Of a stretch of 64,000 nt of DNA, positions 18,601-30,300 are shown piece after piece. This DNA comes from Macrostomum lignano (Eukaryota), in the NCBI GenBank assembly GCA_002269645.1, contig NIVC01000075.1:213969-277968 (forward strand), in the 5' to 3' direction. The translations under genes and the position numbers were made by a program. Numbering within the stretch: position 1 is the stretch's first letter; each line of letters starts with the position of its first letter. The notes beneath the pieces were generated by a model. It did no database searches, was not told the origin of the DNA, and was given only the letters and a program-made list of their open reading frames with translations.

Positions 18601-19613
18601 CGCCAAATCCGAAGTTGTGCGAAGCTGATGTTCAGATCAAGTCCATCTCGCCGTGTCTGTCTGAAAAAATGCAAACCACAACTGTAAACTTCAAGTACGA
18701 CACCGTTAAAAAGTGCATCAAGCATCTTAAAAACGAAATAAGTAATGGTTGCAGTAAGTTGCATTTTCTCATTTTTATATATTTCATGTGTATTGTGATG
18801 CTCTTTAATACCAATAATGCAGATATACTAGTATACTACGTGCAATTTTCCTGAAAGCTTGAGACTTGAGAGTTGCTCAAGAGTTGCCCAAGAATTTCAC
18901 GGTTTAATCAAAAGTTTTTTCATCGTTTGCTTTTAAGTCCCAAAGAAAGACTCTCGATGAAAAGACACCGTAGCCTCAAACGCCAGCCGTCATAGGACTG
19001 CTGGAGAATAATACTCAAATATTCAGTGCACCATGCTCAGTTGAGCTTACAAAATGCACTTAATGCGAACCAAACTTTTAGAGGCCATTTGTGTCGACCC
19101 GATTGACGGCAGCGACCACCTGGAAGGCGAGTCTTGGACCAACATGTGCCACGACTTCCGCTGCGATTCGAGCGGCAATACAATCCTGCCAACCTCAGTT
19201 AAGAGTAAGTTTCTGAGCACAGCTCTTCGTCCCTTCCAGCGCCGCTCCAAGTCACCTCAGTCACTGCATGTCTGCCAGCCCTCCCTCAGTCACTGCATGC
19301 CTGCCAGCCCTCCCTCAGTCACTGCATGTCTGCCAGCCCTCCCTCAGTCACTGCGTGTCTGCCAGCCCTCCCTCAGTCACTGCATGTCTGCTAGCCAACC
19401 CTCAGTCACTGCACCCGGCCAGCTCCGCGACAATCCAGTTGCTAGGCCGTCCACCACTCGCCCATTCCAGAATGCGTTGCTGCCGACTTCAGCTGCAAGC
19501 CGATTGGCGCGGCGCCGTTTCGCTGCAGAAACATCGACGGCGAGGAGAGAGAAAACTGCCAGTGCATCGACAAGGACGGCGAGGCCATGCTGGTGGTCGA
19601 CAACCCCAACTGA
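9616..19613 (+). CDS. Secreted double-VWA/Cys-rich protein, paralog B (671 aa); exons 9616-10181, 13352-13602, 16141-16287, 16908-17418, 18479-18753, 19082-19204, 19471-19613
   Basis: Hydrophobic N-terminal signal (VLSVIALLILV); VWA1 (LDLVVAVDTSSS); VWA2 (VVIMLDKSGS..GTNTG..IITDG). Exons sum to 2016 nt with consistent phases and canonical splice sites. Confidence 0.88.
10487..11042. mobile_element. MITE/foldback-like element with about 148-bp imperfect inverted arms (10487-10634 / 10898-11042), intron 1 of B
   Basis: The arms align as reverse complements (e.g. tttttcgtttgaacacgaacagtactaacttaaaa). No TSD identified. Confidence 0.65.
11862..12021. mobile_element. hAT-type MITE, 160 bp
   Basis: 15-bp TIR cagtggcgcaaccag / ctggttgcgctactg (1 mismatch), with 8-bp TSD aaagaaaa on both sides. 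Confidence 0.8.
14252..15231 (-). mobile_element. Possible solo LTR (about 980 bp) in intron 2 of B
   Basis: Minus strand begins TGTAAC and ends TCACA, with a TATA-like tract near 15064-15078. No TSD found; absent from A and C. Confidence 0.35.
14523..14931 (+). repeat. 64-bp tandem repeat, 6 full units plus a partial unit
   Basis: Unit cctaggttcaccatctcccgactttccactttggcgctctcctggccctccagtttggcccttg starts at 14523, 14587, 14651, 14715, 14779, 14843, 14907. Confidence 0.95.
15818..15864 (+). pseudogene. Truncated C-type exon 3 relic (pseudo-exon) in intron 2 of B
   Basis: tttccag|tcgagaagcagtcctgcagcaagatagagcg matches the start of C exon 3 (ccgagaagcagtcctgcagcaagatggagcg), with a C-like upstream intron. 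In-frame TAG at 15862. Confidence 0.75.
16316..16884 (+). repeat. (CAGT)n microsatellite, about 570 bp, intron 3 of B
   Basis: Direct reading. Confidence 0.97.
19255..19413 (+). repeat. 29-bp minisatellite, about 5.5 units, intron 6 of B
   Basis: Same unit as 5821-6324. Confidence 0.95.
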
Positions 19614-20197
19614 CAGGCAGACAGTCAGCTGATTGGTATCGCGGCCCTCGAATCAAGCTGGAATAATCGGTGGCTTGCTGTGTGAAAGAACTAGTCCGTT
19701 AATAACAGTCGAAGTTACTTGTTGATCTGATGTTTGTATACTTATGAGCAGCCCCTGATGCGTCTCATCACACCTTTATAAAATTTATTAGTCTGTGTTT
19801 TGTGTTGGCTTTATTATTAATCGCCAATTAATTCTGCTTCTCATCTACACCGAATCGATGCGTCTCAAAACTCAAGCAATCGAACCTCTGTTATTAACTT
19901 AGCCTGAATGCTGTGCGCCTGATGCGACTACAAATCGAATTACAAATGTATCTAAGCTTGAGAAAAAACCGGACCGATTAAATGGAAAGCTTTGCACAAT
20001 ACCGAAATGTTATTTATATATTAGTGCTTGTTACTTTGCATCAGCTGTAAACTATGGTATCGAAAGTTTAACTACAAAACCACATTGAGACTTTTAGAAT
20101 TCAGAATTTTAGTGCAATGGGTAAGTCAAAACTTGAGTTATCTCTTGCTTTGTTTGTCTTTGGCAAAAGCTACTTTCAGTGTTACTGAAACGCGTCT

Positions 20198-22723
20198 ATG
20201 GAGGATTCTCTATGCCGCGAGTTCTCGGAGGGCGTCGACGAACTGGCTGACTGGCTCACCTGGCATCTGGGAACGCGACTTGAGCTTGTAGCGGTTGCTG
20301 ATTGTGCTGTGCGACTGACCGAAGATCGTTGTCAGTGCAGCCACCAGCTTGTCAAACGTATCAACGCTCGTCGTGGCAGATTCCTCAGCGCGTAGACTCT
20401 CTGGCCTTCCTCGCCTAGCAGATGAACGAGAATCGCCTTCTTGCGTGCATCCGATGCTTTCTTTAGGTCCAAGGCCTCCAGGTAGATCTTGAATCCTTCG
20501 ATCCAACGATTCTAAGGCGTGTGTAGCTGTCCTGGGTGGGCGAGAAACACGCGTGGCTCGGAAATGCTCAGACTCGTCGCCATGTTGTACCTTGAGGCAG
20601 CATGGCTAAATGAATAAGATGCGAGAAGCGATTTCAAAGCCAAAGTTCAAAGTCACAAAGCCTTGAAAAGCCGGTGCGCACTTATATTGTAATTAAAAGC
20701 ATGATTCAGCAAACACCAAACCCCCCACCCGGCCGAGGCCGGTCTGGGCAGACGGACACCCCCAGCCAATCTGAACGCGAGCACTCCAACCGGCGTAAGC
20801 CGCATACAAGGACTACTTAACAACTTAGGACGCTACACTCGCAAATGGTAGAAATTCTAGAAAAGGCCGCTTGATTTGGCTGTCTATGGTTTTTTAATAA
20901 GCCTTTTGGATAAAGAAGCAAGTACTAAGTGATAGATACGAGTAATTATAAAAGTTTTGCGCTATAATAATTATTTTTACAGTTATACAAACAATAAATA
21001 TATGCAAATATTCCCAGCATAAGAATTGTAAATGACAATTGAAAAGTACGATATGCAACGAACCGGAAAACTCCGGACATAACTGTATAAGGAAAACATA
21101 GACGGCTATAACAAAGTTTGAAAATATACAGGTGTTTGAAAGAAACATTCAGCTAGGCTTCAGTTTGCGGAGTCAGCGAGAGCAAACGGTGGTTGATTGT
21201 CTGGACGTCTCGGAATCTCTGCGCACCATGCATTTATAGATGGAGTTGGCCAGTCTTCGAGACACTCCACGCAGCAGATCTCGGTCCAGTTGAACATCAA
21301 AAAAATTTCGAAGATTTTCTCAAATACAAGCACGGAACTGCTAACACAACGCTGCCCAGAACCAAGAGAATGGGCATAACAGAAGCAGGCAAAGACAACT
21401 AACCATTCAGGCGGATGGCTCAGTTTCCCTCGAGATACAAGCGTAGTGAACTCACTACAAGCAGTGGAAGTATCCAGACCAGGCAAACTTGTTGCAATTG
21501 TTCGGTCAGGCAAATTTTCTTTGTGGGAAACGTAGCCACAAATGTAGTAAAGAGAGGCTTTCTTCGGTAGAAATTCGAGCAACGGATAAACTTAGCTCGT
21601 CAAAACTGACAGTCTCTTCATCGGTGACATCATGCTGACAACATGCTGATGGCGAGTGATCTGGTGGCGAAGCGTGAAGTTGCGCATAGAGCTGTATGCG
21701 GCGGAGGCGAGCACTAGCCATAATCTGATCCACTGATATGTAATAGCAGCCTCCATGACCTTGACGATAAATTTTTACAAGCACATCGCGCCGATACGCC
21801 AAGACTGTGAAGTCGCTCTTAACTCGAACGGAGGACTTAACAGTGCGCTCATGAATGAGCAAAAAATCGACTCGCAAATCCTGACATTTGAACAATCCAG
21901 CCTCCGGAGGTAACAAAATTCAGGCTTAAAGCTGACATAATGAATAGTGCCCACGAGACAACTCTGTCGACAGCATTGAAGGCAGTCAATTCATCAGGGG
22001 CCCTAGCTCTGTCGACTAACAGCACACCTCGCCGACCAGCATCTCTAGAGCGTCCTAAAATATTTGAAACAGGCTGATACAACTTAGTAAGTTAACTAAG
22101 TACACAACCATTCATACTTACTTGAGACAGTCTGACGCAGGGAAGTCAATGAAAAATCTTTAAAGATTGCGGGTGGGTCGATGGGGCGCGCGTGTATGGC
22201 GGTTAATTCGTTTCAGTGGTGCATTTTCAGGCCAGTGATTTTTGCAAACTCCCATGTAGATGCTAGCCTTCCACAGATAGAATGAAATGATCATCACAAT
22301 TCAGTTAATATAAGTATCTTTATAGTAGAAACGAAAAATTAGGTTCAAAAGGCTACATAAATTACCTTAGCTTGCACAGGCAACGCATTGAGCCATGCCT
22401 CAGCTTCAGCTTCTTCCTTTGGAAAGCCAAAAACAGTGCATTTTTCACCGCTCTTATAATTGCTTCTGCATCCAGGGATGCAGCAATTCATTGGCATTTT
22501 GATGAAAAAGAGTGTTGCTATTTATCAAGATTTTAGACGAAACAAATTATTGCTACAAACCAGCAGTGCTGGCCTGAACCAGCATTGAGAATATGAAAGA
22601 ATGTTAGTGAAAAGGCTTCATTGCCATAGACATAGCTAAAGCAAGCGGCCTTTTCTAGAATTTCTACCATTCGCGAGTGTAGCGTCCTGAGTTGTTAAGT
22701 AGTCCTTGGCCGCATACACAACA
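20198..22723 (-). mobile_element. Truncated gypsy element (5' LTR 22723 to 20583 interrupted by P element; PBS 20573-20582; dead gag)
   Basis: Removing the P element and one TSD restores a roughly 231-bp LTR starting TGTTGTG and ending ACAACA. Gag carries a TGG>TAG stop in this copy. Confidence 0.8.
20807..22708 (-). mobile_element. Non-autonomous P-element/THAP transposon, 1902 bp, both ends intact
   Basis: About 67-bp TIRs (2 mismatches) starting CAAGG; 8-bp TSD gccgcata (20799-20806 / 22709-22716). THAP N-terminal exon 22497-22366 MPMNCCIPGCRSNYKSGEKCTVFGFPKEEAEAEAWLNAL with GT donor; frameshifted C-terminal transposase 21160-22080. Confidence 0.9.
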
Positions 22724-23817
22724 GAATTTATGTAAAAAAGGAAATAATTTTAAACAATTGCATTTTTTTGTTTCTCACTAAAATTTTGTCTAAAATATGA
22801 ACTTGCGTCACTTGATTATGGAATGTTCTAATTATCTGATTGGAGGAATCTAGCACGCTGACGAGTGCGTCAATGGCTGAAACACGAGTGCGCGTAGCGC
22901 ACGAGGGTTTTTGCCATAGACGCACAAGTCAAAGTGCTTGGTTCCCATTCTTATTTGATCCAACATGTGTGGCTAAAGTAGACAAGGGTGGAGCTGGGGG
23001 TGTGGAGTAGACTTGAACCATAGAAAAAATATGCGCGAGCTAGTCTGAACATTCTTGCACGATGGAAAGAAGATTATGCTTGTAGTCTATGGCTGTTATG
23101 CTAAATATAGAAACATTGCGCATTACATTCTTGCACGATTGACATTCCTGCACGGAGTGCACATGTAAATTCAAGGTGCTTTTACCATAGAAACTTGCAT
23201 TTCTGCACGCATATGGCGACTTCCAAAGCATTCTTGCACGCTGGATCAAATAAGAATATTCGCTTTAGTATTGAACGATCGTGACGAGTTGAACGATCAA
23301 ATAGCAGCTTTAAATAGCACGAGTCCCGCTGCACAAGGTTGAAATATACCTTTTCAAGCTCGACTTTGGCAAAAGTGACTTCAATTTTGGTAGTCCAGAG
23401 AAAAAGCATATGCCTGCCAGCAACATGTCTATGGTCAACTGTGGTAGAATCGGTTAAAGCGTGCATTCAACTTTGGCAAAAGTCAGCTGCCCAGACTCGT
23501 TCCAATCTGAAAGCCTTTTCCGTAGACTCGGGGCCCTGGTTGCCTTGTTATAGGTAAAAACAATGCCTGGGTTATTCTCGGGGTCCCGCTCTCGGCGAGA
23601 AGCGGAACTTTCCGATTTTTTTTTCTAATTCTCTCTTTTTTGCGCGCACACTCGGGTTGTGCCGTTGGGGTGGTGGCCTGGGGGAAGTCTTAGAAGCAAG
23701 AACAACTTAAGTAGAAGGATGCAACACTCAAAGTCTATGGCAATTTTTGAAGACAAATTTTTGCCGAAAAATACAATACGGAGATAGGAAGTTTTCATTT
23801 TTCAGCACAAAAATTGC

Positions 23818-25072
23818 TATTGTACCCTTTTGTCTATGGTTTCCGGCATTCATACTTGCGGTAACAATTTAATTGTTTGTCGGCTTTTTTCGATTGTTGC
23901 CGGATTTCAGACGAATGTATTTGGCTATCAAAACAAGGAACAACAATAGCAACACGGCGAAAGTGTTTCATGGTCACAAAAAGTTCTTAAGAACAAACCA
24001 ATCGAATCAATTGTTTTACTTTCCGTAAAAGTTGAATGTGCAGTTGTGGAACTGACCACCACAGAGGCTTCTCGGCAGGTCTTGGCCACCCTCGGGTGCT
24101 TTCATCAGCTCGCCTCTATCAGACCCAGTTGTCACACTTTCGATGGTGGATTCCGCATCGTCGTCAATCTTGGTGACTTTGGACCCATAGGCAGCCAGAC
24201 AAGCGCTCATTCGGGCCACACAGTCCATGTCTCGCCGCTTGTATACATCCACTGAGCTCGAATTCTTGTGTCCCGTCATTAGTGTAATCGCTTGATTATC
24301 GAAACCGGCCTTGGCCAAACAGTTCACCTAAGTTTCAGCAGTTGGGTAAGACAGTATTCTTACAGTTTTACTGAAGTGAGTAGGCCATGCAATCTTTACT
24401 CACCGTGGTTACCGTTGAGGAACTGTCGGAACCTTGCCACGTGAAGCTTCCGTTGCGTCTCGGTCGATTTCGGCACTGAGTCACTCTCAAGTCGGTCCAA
24501 CATTTCCAGATCTTCGCTACCTAGCTCAGGCAGCCCGTTGGAACTGGACGACGCATCCAGGTTGTCCATCTCCAGAACGTAGCGCGTGCTCGACTCTCTG
24601 GTGACAAAAGCCAACTCGTCCGTGGAGAGTCCACATATTTCTCCGCCAGGAATGTTTGCGTAGCGAATCATAGCTACTTTTCCTATTTGCACTCCGAATA
24701 GGAGAATTAATTCAAGCTCAAAATCAACTTGAGAATTAACTCATGGCAGCCAGGCTAGCTGTCTTCACTGTCCTTTAAATTTGCCATAAACGATTAATTA
24801 TCTCTACAACCCTTTCATTTAGAGAGCAACTAAATTTGCCATAGACGATTGATTATCTCTACAACCCTTTCAAAGCGCATTCCGGCAACAATCGCATTTC
24901 ATACTCAGCATCCGCACTATGTCTGGGCCATAGACAAGGGAAGTCAAAAGGGTACAATAATGACATGTACCGATTTTTTTCGGCAGCAATTGCTCTACTA
25001 AGCTTCAGCCGCTACGCGGCTTCAGCTTACGCAATTGCTGCCGAAAAAAATCGGTATATATCGTTACATTGT
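23818..25072 (-). mobile_element. Internally deleted Crypton-like tyrosine-recombinase element, copy 1
   Basis: C-terminal YR motif ITLMTGHKNSSSVDVY and tail GGQFHNCTFNFY (24016-24327); N-terminal VPKSTETQRKLHVARFRQFL (24396-24692); inverted end motifs tattgtacccttttgtctatgg / ccatagacaaggg..caaaagggtacaata. Confidence 0.7.
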
Positions 25073-25407
25073 AACACGATTGATTGCAATGTCGAAAAGT
25101 TTGCATTAATCCTATAGTCTATGGGCACTCCCCATCTCGCGCCAACCAAAAAGCGTACATTAAATTATTAAAGCGGTCATTAAATTTATTATCATTTATT
25201 AACGATGCCGCAGTATTTCGCAGAAACGGAATATACAATACTTCGAATAGAAGAAACAACAGAACAAACTGTTAATAATTAATGCTCAAACGAATGCTAT
25301 AATACTTTATTTGTCTAAACGTCAATTGTCTACTTACTTTCCTATGTTTCTTCGCGCACTCGTGACCTAGATATTTAAGCACTCAAAACCAAGTATATTG
25401 AATCCTA

Positions 25408-26382
25408 TATTGTTCCCTTTTGTCTATGGTTTCCGGCATTCATACTTGCGGTAACAATTTAATTGTTTGTCGGCTTTTTTCGATTGTTGCCGGATTTCAG
25501 ACGAATGTATTTGGCTATCAAAACAAGGAACAACAATAGCAACACGGCGAAAGTGTTTCATAGTCACAAAAAGTTCTTAAGAACAAACCGATCGAATCAA
25601 TTGTTTTACTTTCCGTAAAAGTTGAATGTGCAGTTGTGGAACTGACCACCACAGAGGCTTCTCGGCAGGTCTTGGCCGCCCTCGGGTGCTTTCATCAGCT
25701 CGCCTCTATCAGACCCAGTTGTCACACTTTCGATGGTGGATTCCGCATCGTCGTCAATCTTGGTGACTTTGGACCCACGTGAAGCTTCCGTTGCGTCTCG
25801 GTCGATTTCGGCACTGAGTCACTCTCAAGTCGGTCCAACATTTCCAGATCTTCGCTACCTAGCTCAGGCAGCCCGTTGGAACTGGACGACGCATCCAGGT
25901 TGTCCATCTCCAGAACGTAGCGCGTGCTCGACTCTCGGGTGACAAAAGCCAACTCGTCCGTGGAGAGTCCACATATTTCTCCGCCAGGAATGTTTGCGTA
26001 GCGAATCATAGCTACTTTTCCTATTTGCACTCCGAATAGGAGAATTAATTCAAGCTCAAAATCAACTTGAGAATTAACTCATGGCAGCCAGGCTAGCTGT
26101 CTTCACTGTCCTTTAAATTTGCCATAAACGATTAATTATCTCTACAACCCTTTCATTTAGAGAGCAACTAAATTTGCCATAGACGATTGATTATCTCTAC
26201 AACCCTTTCAAAGCGCATTCCGGCAACAATCGCATTTCATACTCAGCATCCGCACTATGTCTGGGCCATAGACAAGGGAAGTCAAAAGGGTACAATAATG
26301 ACATGTACCGATTTTTTTCGGCTACGCGGCTTCAGCTTACGCAATTGCTGCCGAAAAAAATCGGTATATATCGTTACATTGT
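25408..26382 (-). mobile_element. Crypton-like element, copy 2 (further internal deletion)
   Basis: Near-identical to copy 1 but lacks about 250 bp including the catalytic H/Y segment (junction ggaccca/cgtg). Confidence 0.7.
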
Positions 26383-27320
26383 TACACAGTCAGCTACGAA
26401 TGACAAAATAGATTCGTAAAACCAATGAGCCGAGCCGTGCCATTTTAATGGTTTTTAGCCACAGGAAATGTGCAAATTTACGTAGAATAAAAAATTAACA
26501 TAGAATCCTAATTTTCTGAACGAAAAGCTTTATGAATATCAATAGAGGTTATGAAAGGCAAAACATATCGAAAGATAAACATTGGGTCTGCATTCTATCG
26601 AAAGCAAAAACAATTTTTGTGCTGAAAAAATTAAGACTTTTTATCTCCTTAGTGTAATTTTTTCAGCAAAAAAGTTGCCTTCAAAAAATTGCCTTAGATT
26701 TTGAGTGTTGCGTCCTTATACTAAAGTTGTCCTTGCTTAGAAGTCGTCTACCTGATTCCACTGTTTGGGTCCTCGGTGTCCTCCTCAATTTTTTGAACCC
26801 TGCAGTCGCTAGGGCAAGACTCCTAGCTCCAATCCTGGTGACCCGGGCTATATGAACCTGGTGGGTGGAATCACTCTTAATTACCCCGCGGTAGAGCTTT
26901 TCCCTAGGCTGATCCGAGGCGAGACTAGCTCTCTCCCCCAACAACAACAAAGGCCATCTATACTAATAGCAGACTAGCATTTTGAGCATGGATCGGGCCC
27001 AATGAACATCTGCATTATAGCAGAAATTTGATTTGCAAAAAAACTACTTAATTTCTTACACTGTCAATTTAAAGCTCAGAATTCAAGCGCAAAGGGTATG
27101 TAAAAACTTAAGTTGTTTATGGCAGTAAATATTTCACTTGCTTAGGTACAGTGAGACGCGTTTCTGTAATACTGAAAGGAGCTTTTGCCAAAGACAAACG
27201 AACCAAAGTCTTCAATATAAGTACGAAAGTCAAAGGGACCAGCTTAAGCGATACTTCATAGAGTTTTAGCTGTGAAAGAAAAGCGTAGCTTACACTTTAA
27301 TAATCGGCTCACAAATCGAA

Positions 27321-30300
27321 ATGCTCTCCAACACTTATCCAACAAGATGCTGGAAGGTTCTGTCTGTCATTGCTCTCTTAATACTGGTGCATCAGATTGA
27401 GCTCAGCTGCTCGACAAGCCCCTGCATCAACCTTGACTTGGTGGTCGCAGTGGACACATCGTCTTCATGCTCTCAAACACAGTTCGACAGGCTGCTCTCA
27501 GAGGTGAAGGCCTTGGTCTCTAAATTTCCAATCGGTCCGACAAAAACTCGACTGGCTCTGATCGGCATGTCGCAGACTGCGCAGGTTCTCGCCAACTTCG
27601 ACGACCTGACGTCTCTGTCGGACTTCAACTCCGCGGTCGACAGGCTGACGATGAGTTCCGAACGAGCCGAAATCTCGAAGGGCATCAAGCTGGCTCGGGA
27701 GTCCGTGCTCAACAAGGCCAGGGCTGCTCCGACTCCAAGACTCTTAGCTCTGGTAAAGGACAGGCAGTGCGCTGAGAGAATAACGGGATCGAGCGACGCG
27801 GAACTGGCTTCGATTAAGTCGGAAGTCGCAGTCCTGAAGTTGACGGGAAACGCAGTGCACGCAATCGGAATCGGCGGATTGTGGAACAGGTGGTTCGGTT
27901 TTGTTAATACTGTCTTTTGCTACAAAAGCAAGCTACCATCAAAGCTATGTTCTAAATTCAGTTGAGATTCCTGAATTTAAAATAGGTTAAAGTTGTTTAG
28001 TGCTTGGCTGTTCATGTATACAGCAAGAGGGATAGAAACTGCGTCTCTAAGGTTTCTGTGACAGTCCATCTGTTGGTGTGGCAGCTCTTGATGGTTTGGT
28101 AGCGTTCGACCATCCACAGATAGTCGTCCTCTCTCTAGGTTGATGGGCACTAAAGCACTTGGCGGCGGGGCAGTGCGTGCATTTGCAGTTTTGGCACACA
28201 GGTTCAACACCAATTTGTGACCCACAGTAGCTTCATTAAGCTACAATACGATTTTATAACTGGCTGATATTACATTATAATACCAGCTAATTGTGGAAGA
28301 TATGACAAAATGATGTAGCTCTCCACTTTGAATTTTAGCCGGGTACTGAAAGCCATTTTCGGAACCAGCTACCTGCTCTTCAAGAACAATAACAAGGCTA
28401 TGGAGTCCGTCAAGTCTCTGAACATTAAAATGTGTCTTCCACCAACCTGCAAACACTCGGGGCAGACGGTAAAGCCTGAAACTTGCTTTGCAAAGTCGCA
28501 GCATGTACTGACGTTCAATGTTGCTGGCGCTTTCACCTCGTCTAAGATCGGAGTCTGCAGACAGCACATCGCGAGATCATTTCAGTCTTGCAGTGAGTTA
28601 CTCCATTTGCCGATTTATCTATCTCTTACGGCTTCTTTTTCATTTGAAAACAGAGACTTCCTGTCTCTGCAAGTTGGAAGTATTTTTATTTAAATGCAAA
28701 ATTTACAGTAAACTTGTTGGGGCATCAAAATTAACAACTTGATGCCGAAAATGTACAAACCTAATCTTGTGGCATTTATGGAGTTGCAATATGTTTTATT
28801 AAAATTATATTCAGCTTATAAGGTTGTTGTTGTAAAATGCAGAACGTATTCTCACTTGAGCAGGACTCAAGGTTCTTTTTATGAAGTATTGATATTGACC
28901 GTCTTGCCATCGATTTTTGCTACTACTTAGTTTATTGCACATCACGTGTACTACAATGCATTGTGACCCCTTTTTAGCCACCAAAAGTACTTCTTGTGAT
29001 GATATAGTCATCACAAGATGGTCACTTGATGGAAGCTGGTAGATTTATATGGTAAAAATGACTGGAGAGGCAAGGCTCCAAAAGGCAAGGATGAGGCTTT
29101 ATGGTTCTGCCTCTCCTCTAAAGTACTGTTAATTTCTACAGATATTAGTTTTGTTGACTTTTGAAATTGCACTTATGCTTCCGGTAAAATCACAACAAAT
29201 TTTTTATTCACTAAGACTACCTCAAAAACCAGGTAGAAAACTTGAAATTAACATTTGCCCTCTCCAGCCGAGAAGCAGTCCTGCAGCAAGATGGAGCGAA
29301 GTCTTGGTTCATGCCAAGCTGACGGCAAGTTGGCCATTCTGGAGACGCTGCAGTTCTTCGACCGAAAGAAACAATCATGCGTGACATATGTAGAGAAGCA
29401 CAAAGTGGACTGCTGTGAGTTTCCTGTTCTTCCAATAATTGTCAGTCAGTCAGTCAGTCAGTCAGTCAGTCAGTCAGTCAGTCAGTCAGTCAGTCAGTCA
29501 GTCAGTCAGTCAGTCAGTCAGTCAGTCAGTCAGTCAGTCAGTCAGTCAGTCAGTCAGTCAGTCAGTCAGTCAGTCAGTCAGTCAGTCAGTCAGTCAGTCA
29601 GTCAGTCAGTCAGTCAGTCAGTCAGTCAGTCAGTCAGTCAGTCAGTCAGTCAGTCAGTCAGTCAGTCAGTCAGTCAGTCAGTCAGTCAGTCAGTCAGTCA
29701 GTCAGTCAGTCAGTCAGTCAGTCAGTCAGTCAGTCAGTCAGTCAGTCAGTCAGTCAGTCAGTCAGTCAGTCAGTCAGTCAGTCAGTCAGTCAGTCAGTCA
29801 GTCAGTCAGTCAGTCAGTCAGTCAGTCAGTCAGTCAGTCAGTCAGTCAGTCAGTCAGTCAGTCAGTCAGTCAGTCAGTCAGTCAGTCAGTCAGTCAGTCA
29901 GTCAGTCAGTCAGTCAGTCAGTCAGTCAGTCAGTCAGTCAGTCAGTCAGTCAGTCAGTCAGTCAGTCAGTCAGTCAGTCAGTCAGTCAGTCAGTCAGTCA
30001 GTCAGTCAGTCAGTCACTCACTTAAGTCAGTCAGTCAGTCAGTCAGTCAGTCAGTCAGTCAGTCAGTCAGTCAGTCAGTCAGTCAGTCAGTCAGCAAGGA
30101 TGTCTATTTTCCAGCTGGAGCAAGGGAGTGCAAAGATCAAGTCGCAGATGTGGTGATAATGCTGGATAAATCTGGTAGCATTCATAGCAAATACCACACT
30201 GTTGCGAACTCGGCGAAGACAATAGTCGAGTCGCTAAATCTTGGAGAGAAAAATGTTCGGATTGGTGTTGTTACCTTCAATGGTTTTTCTACTTACGTAA

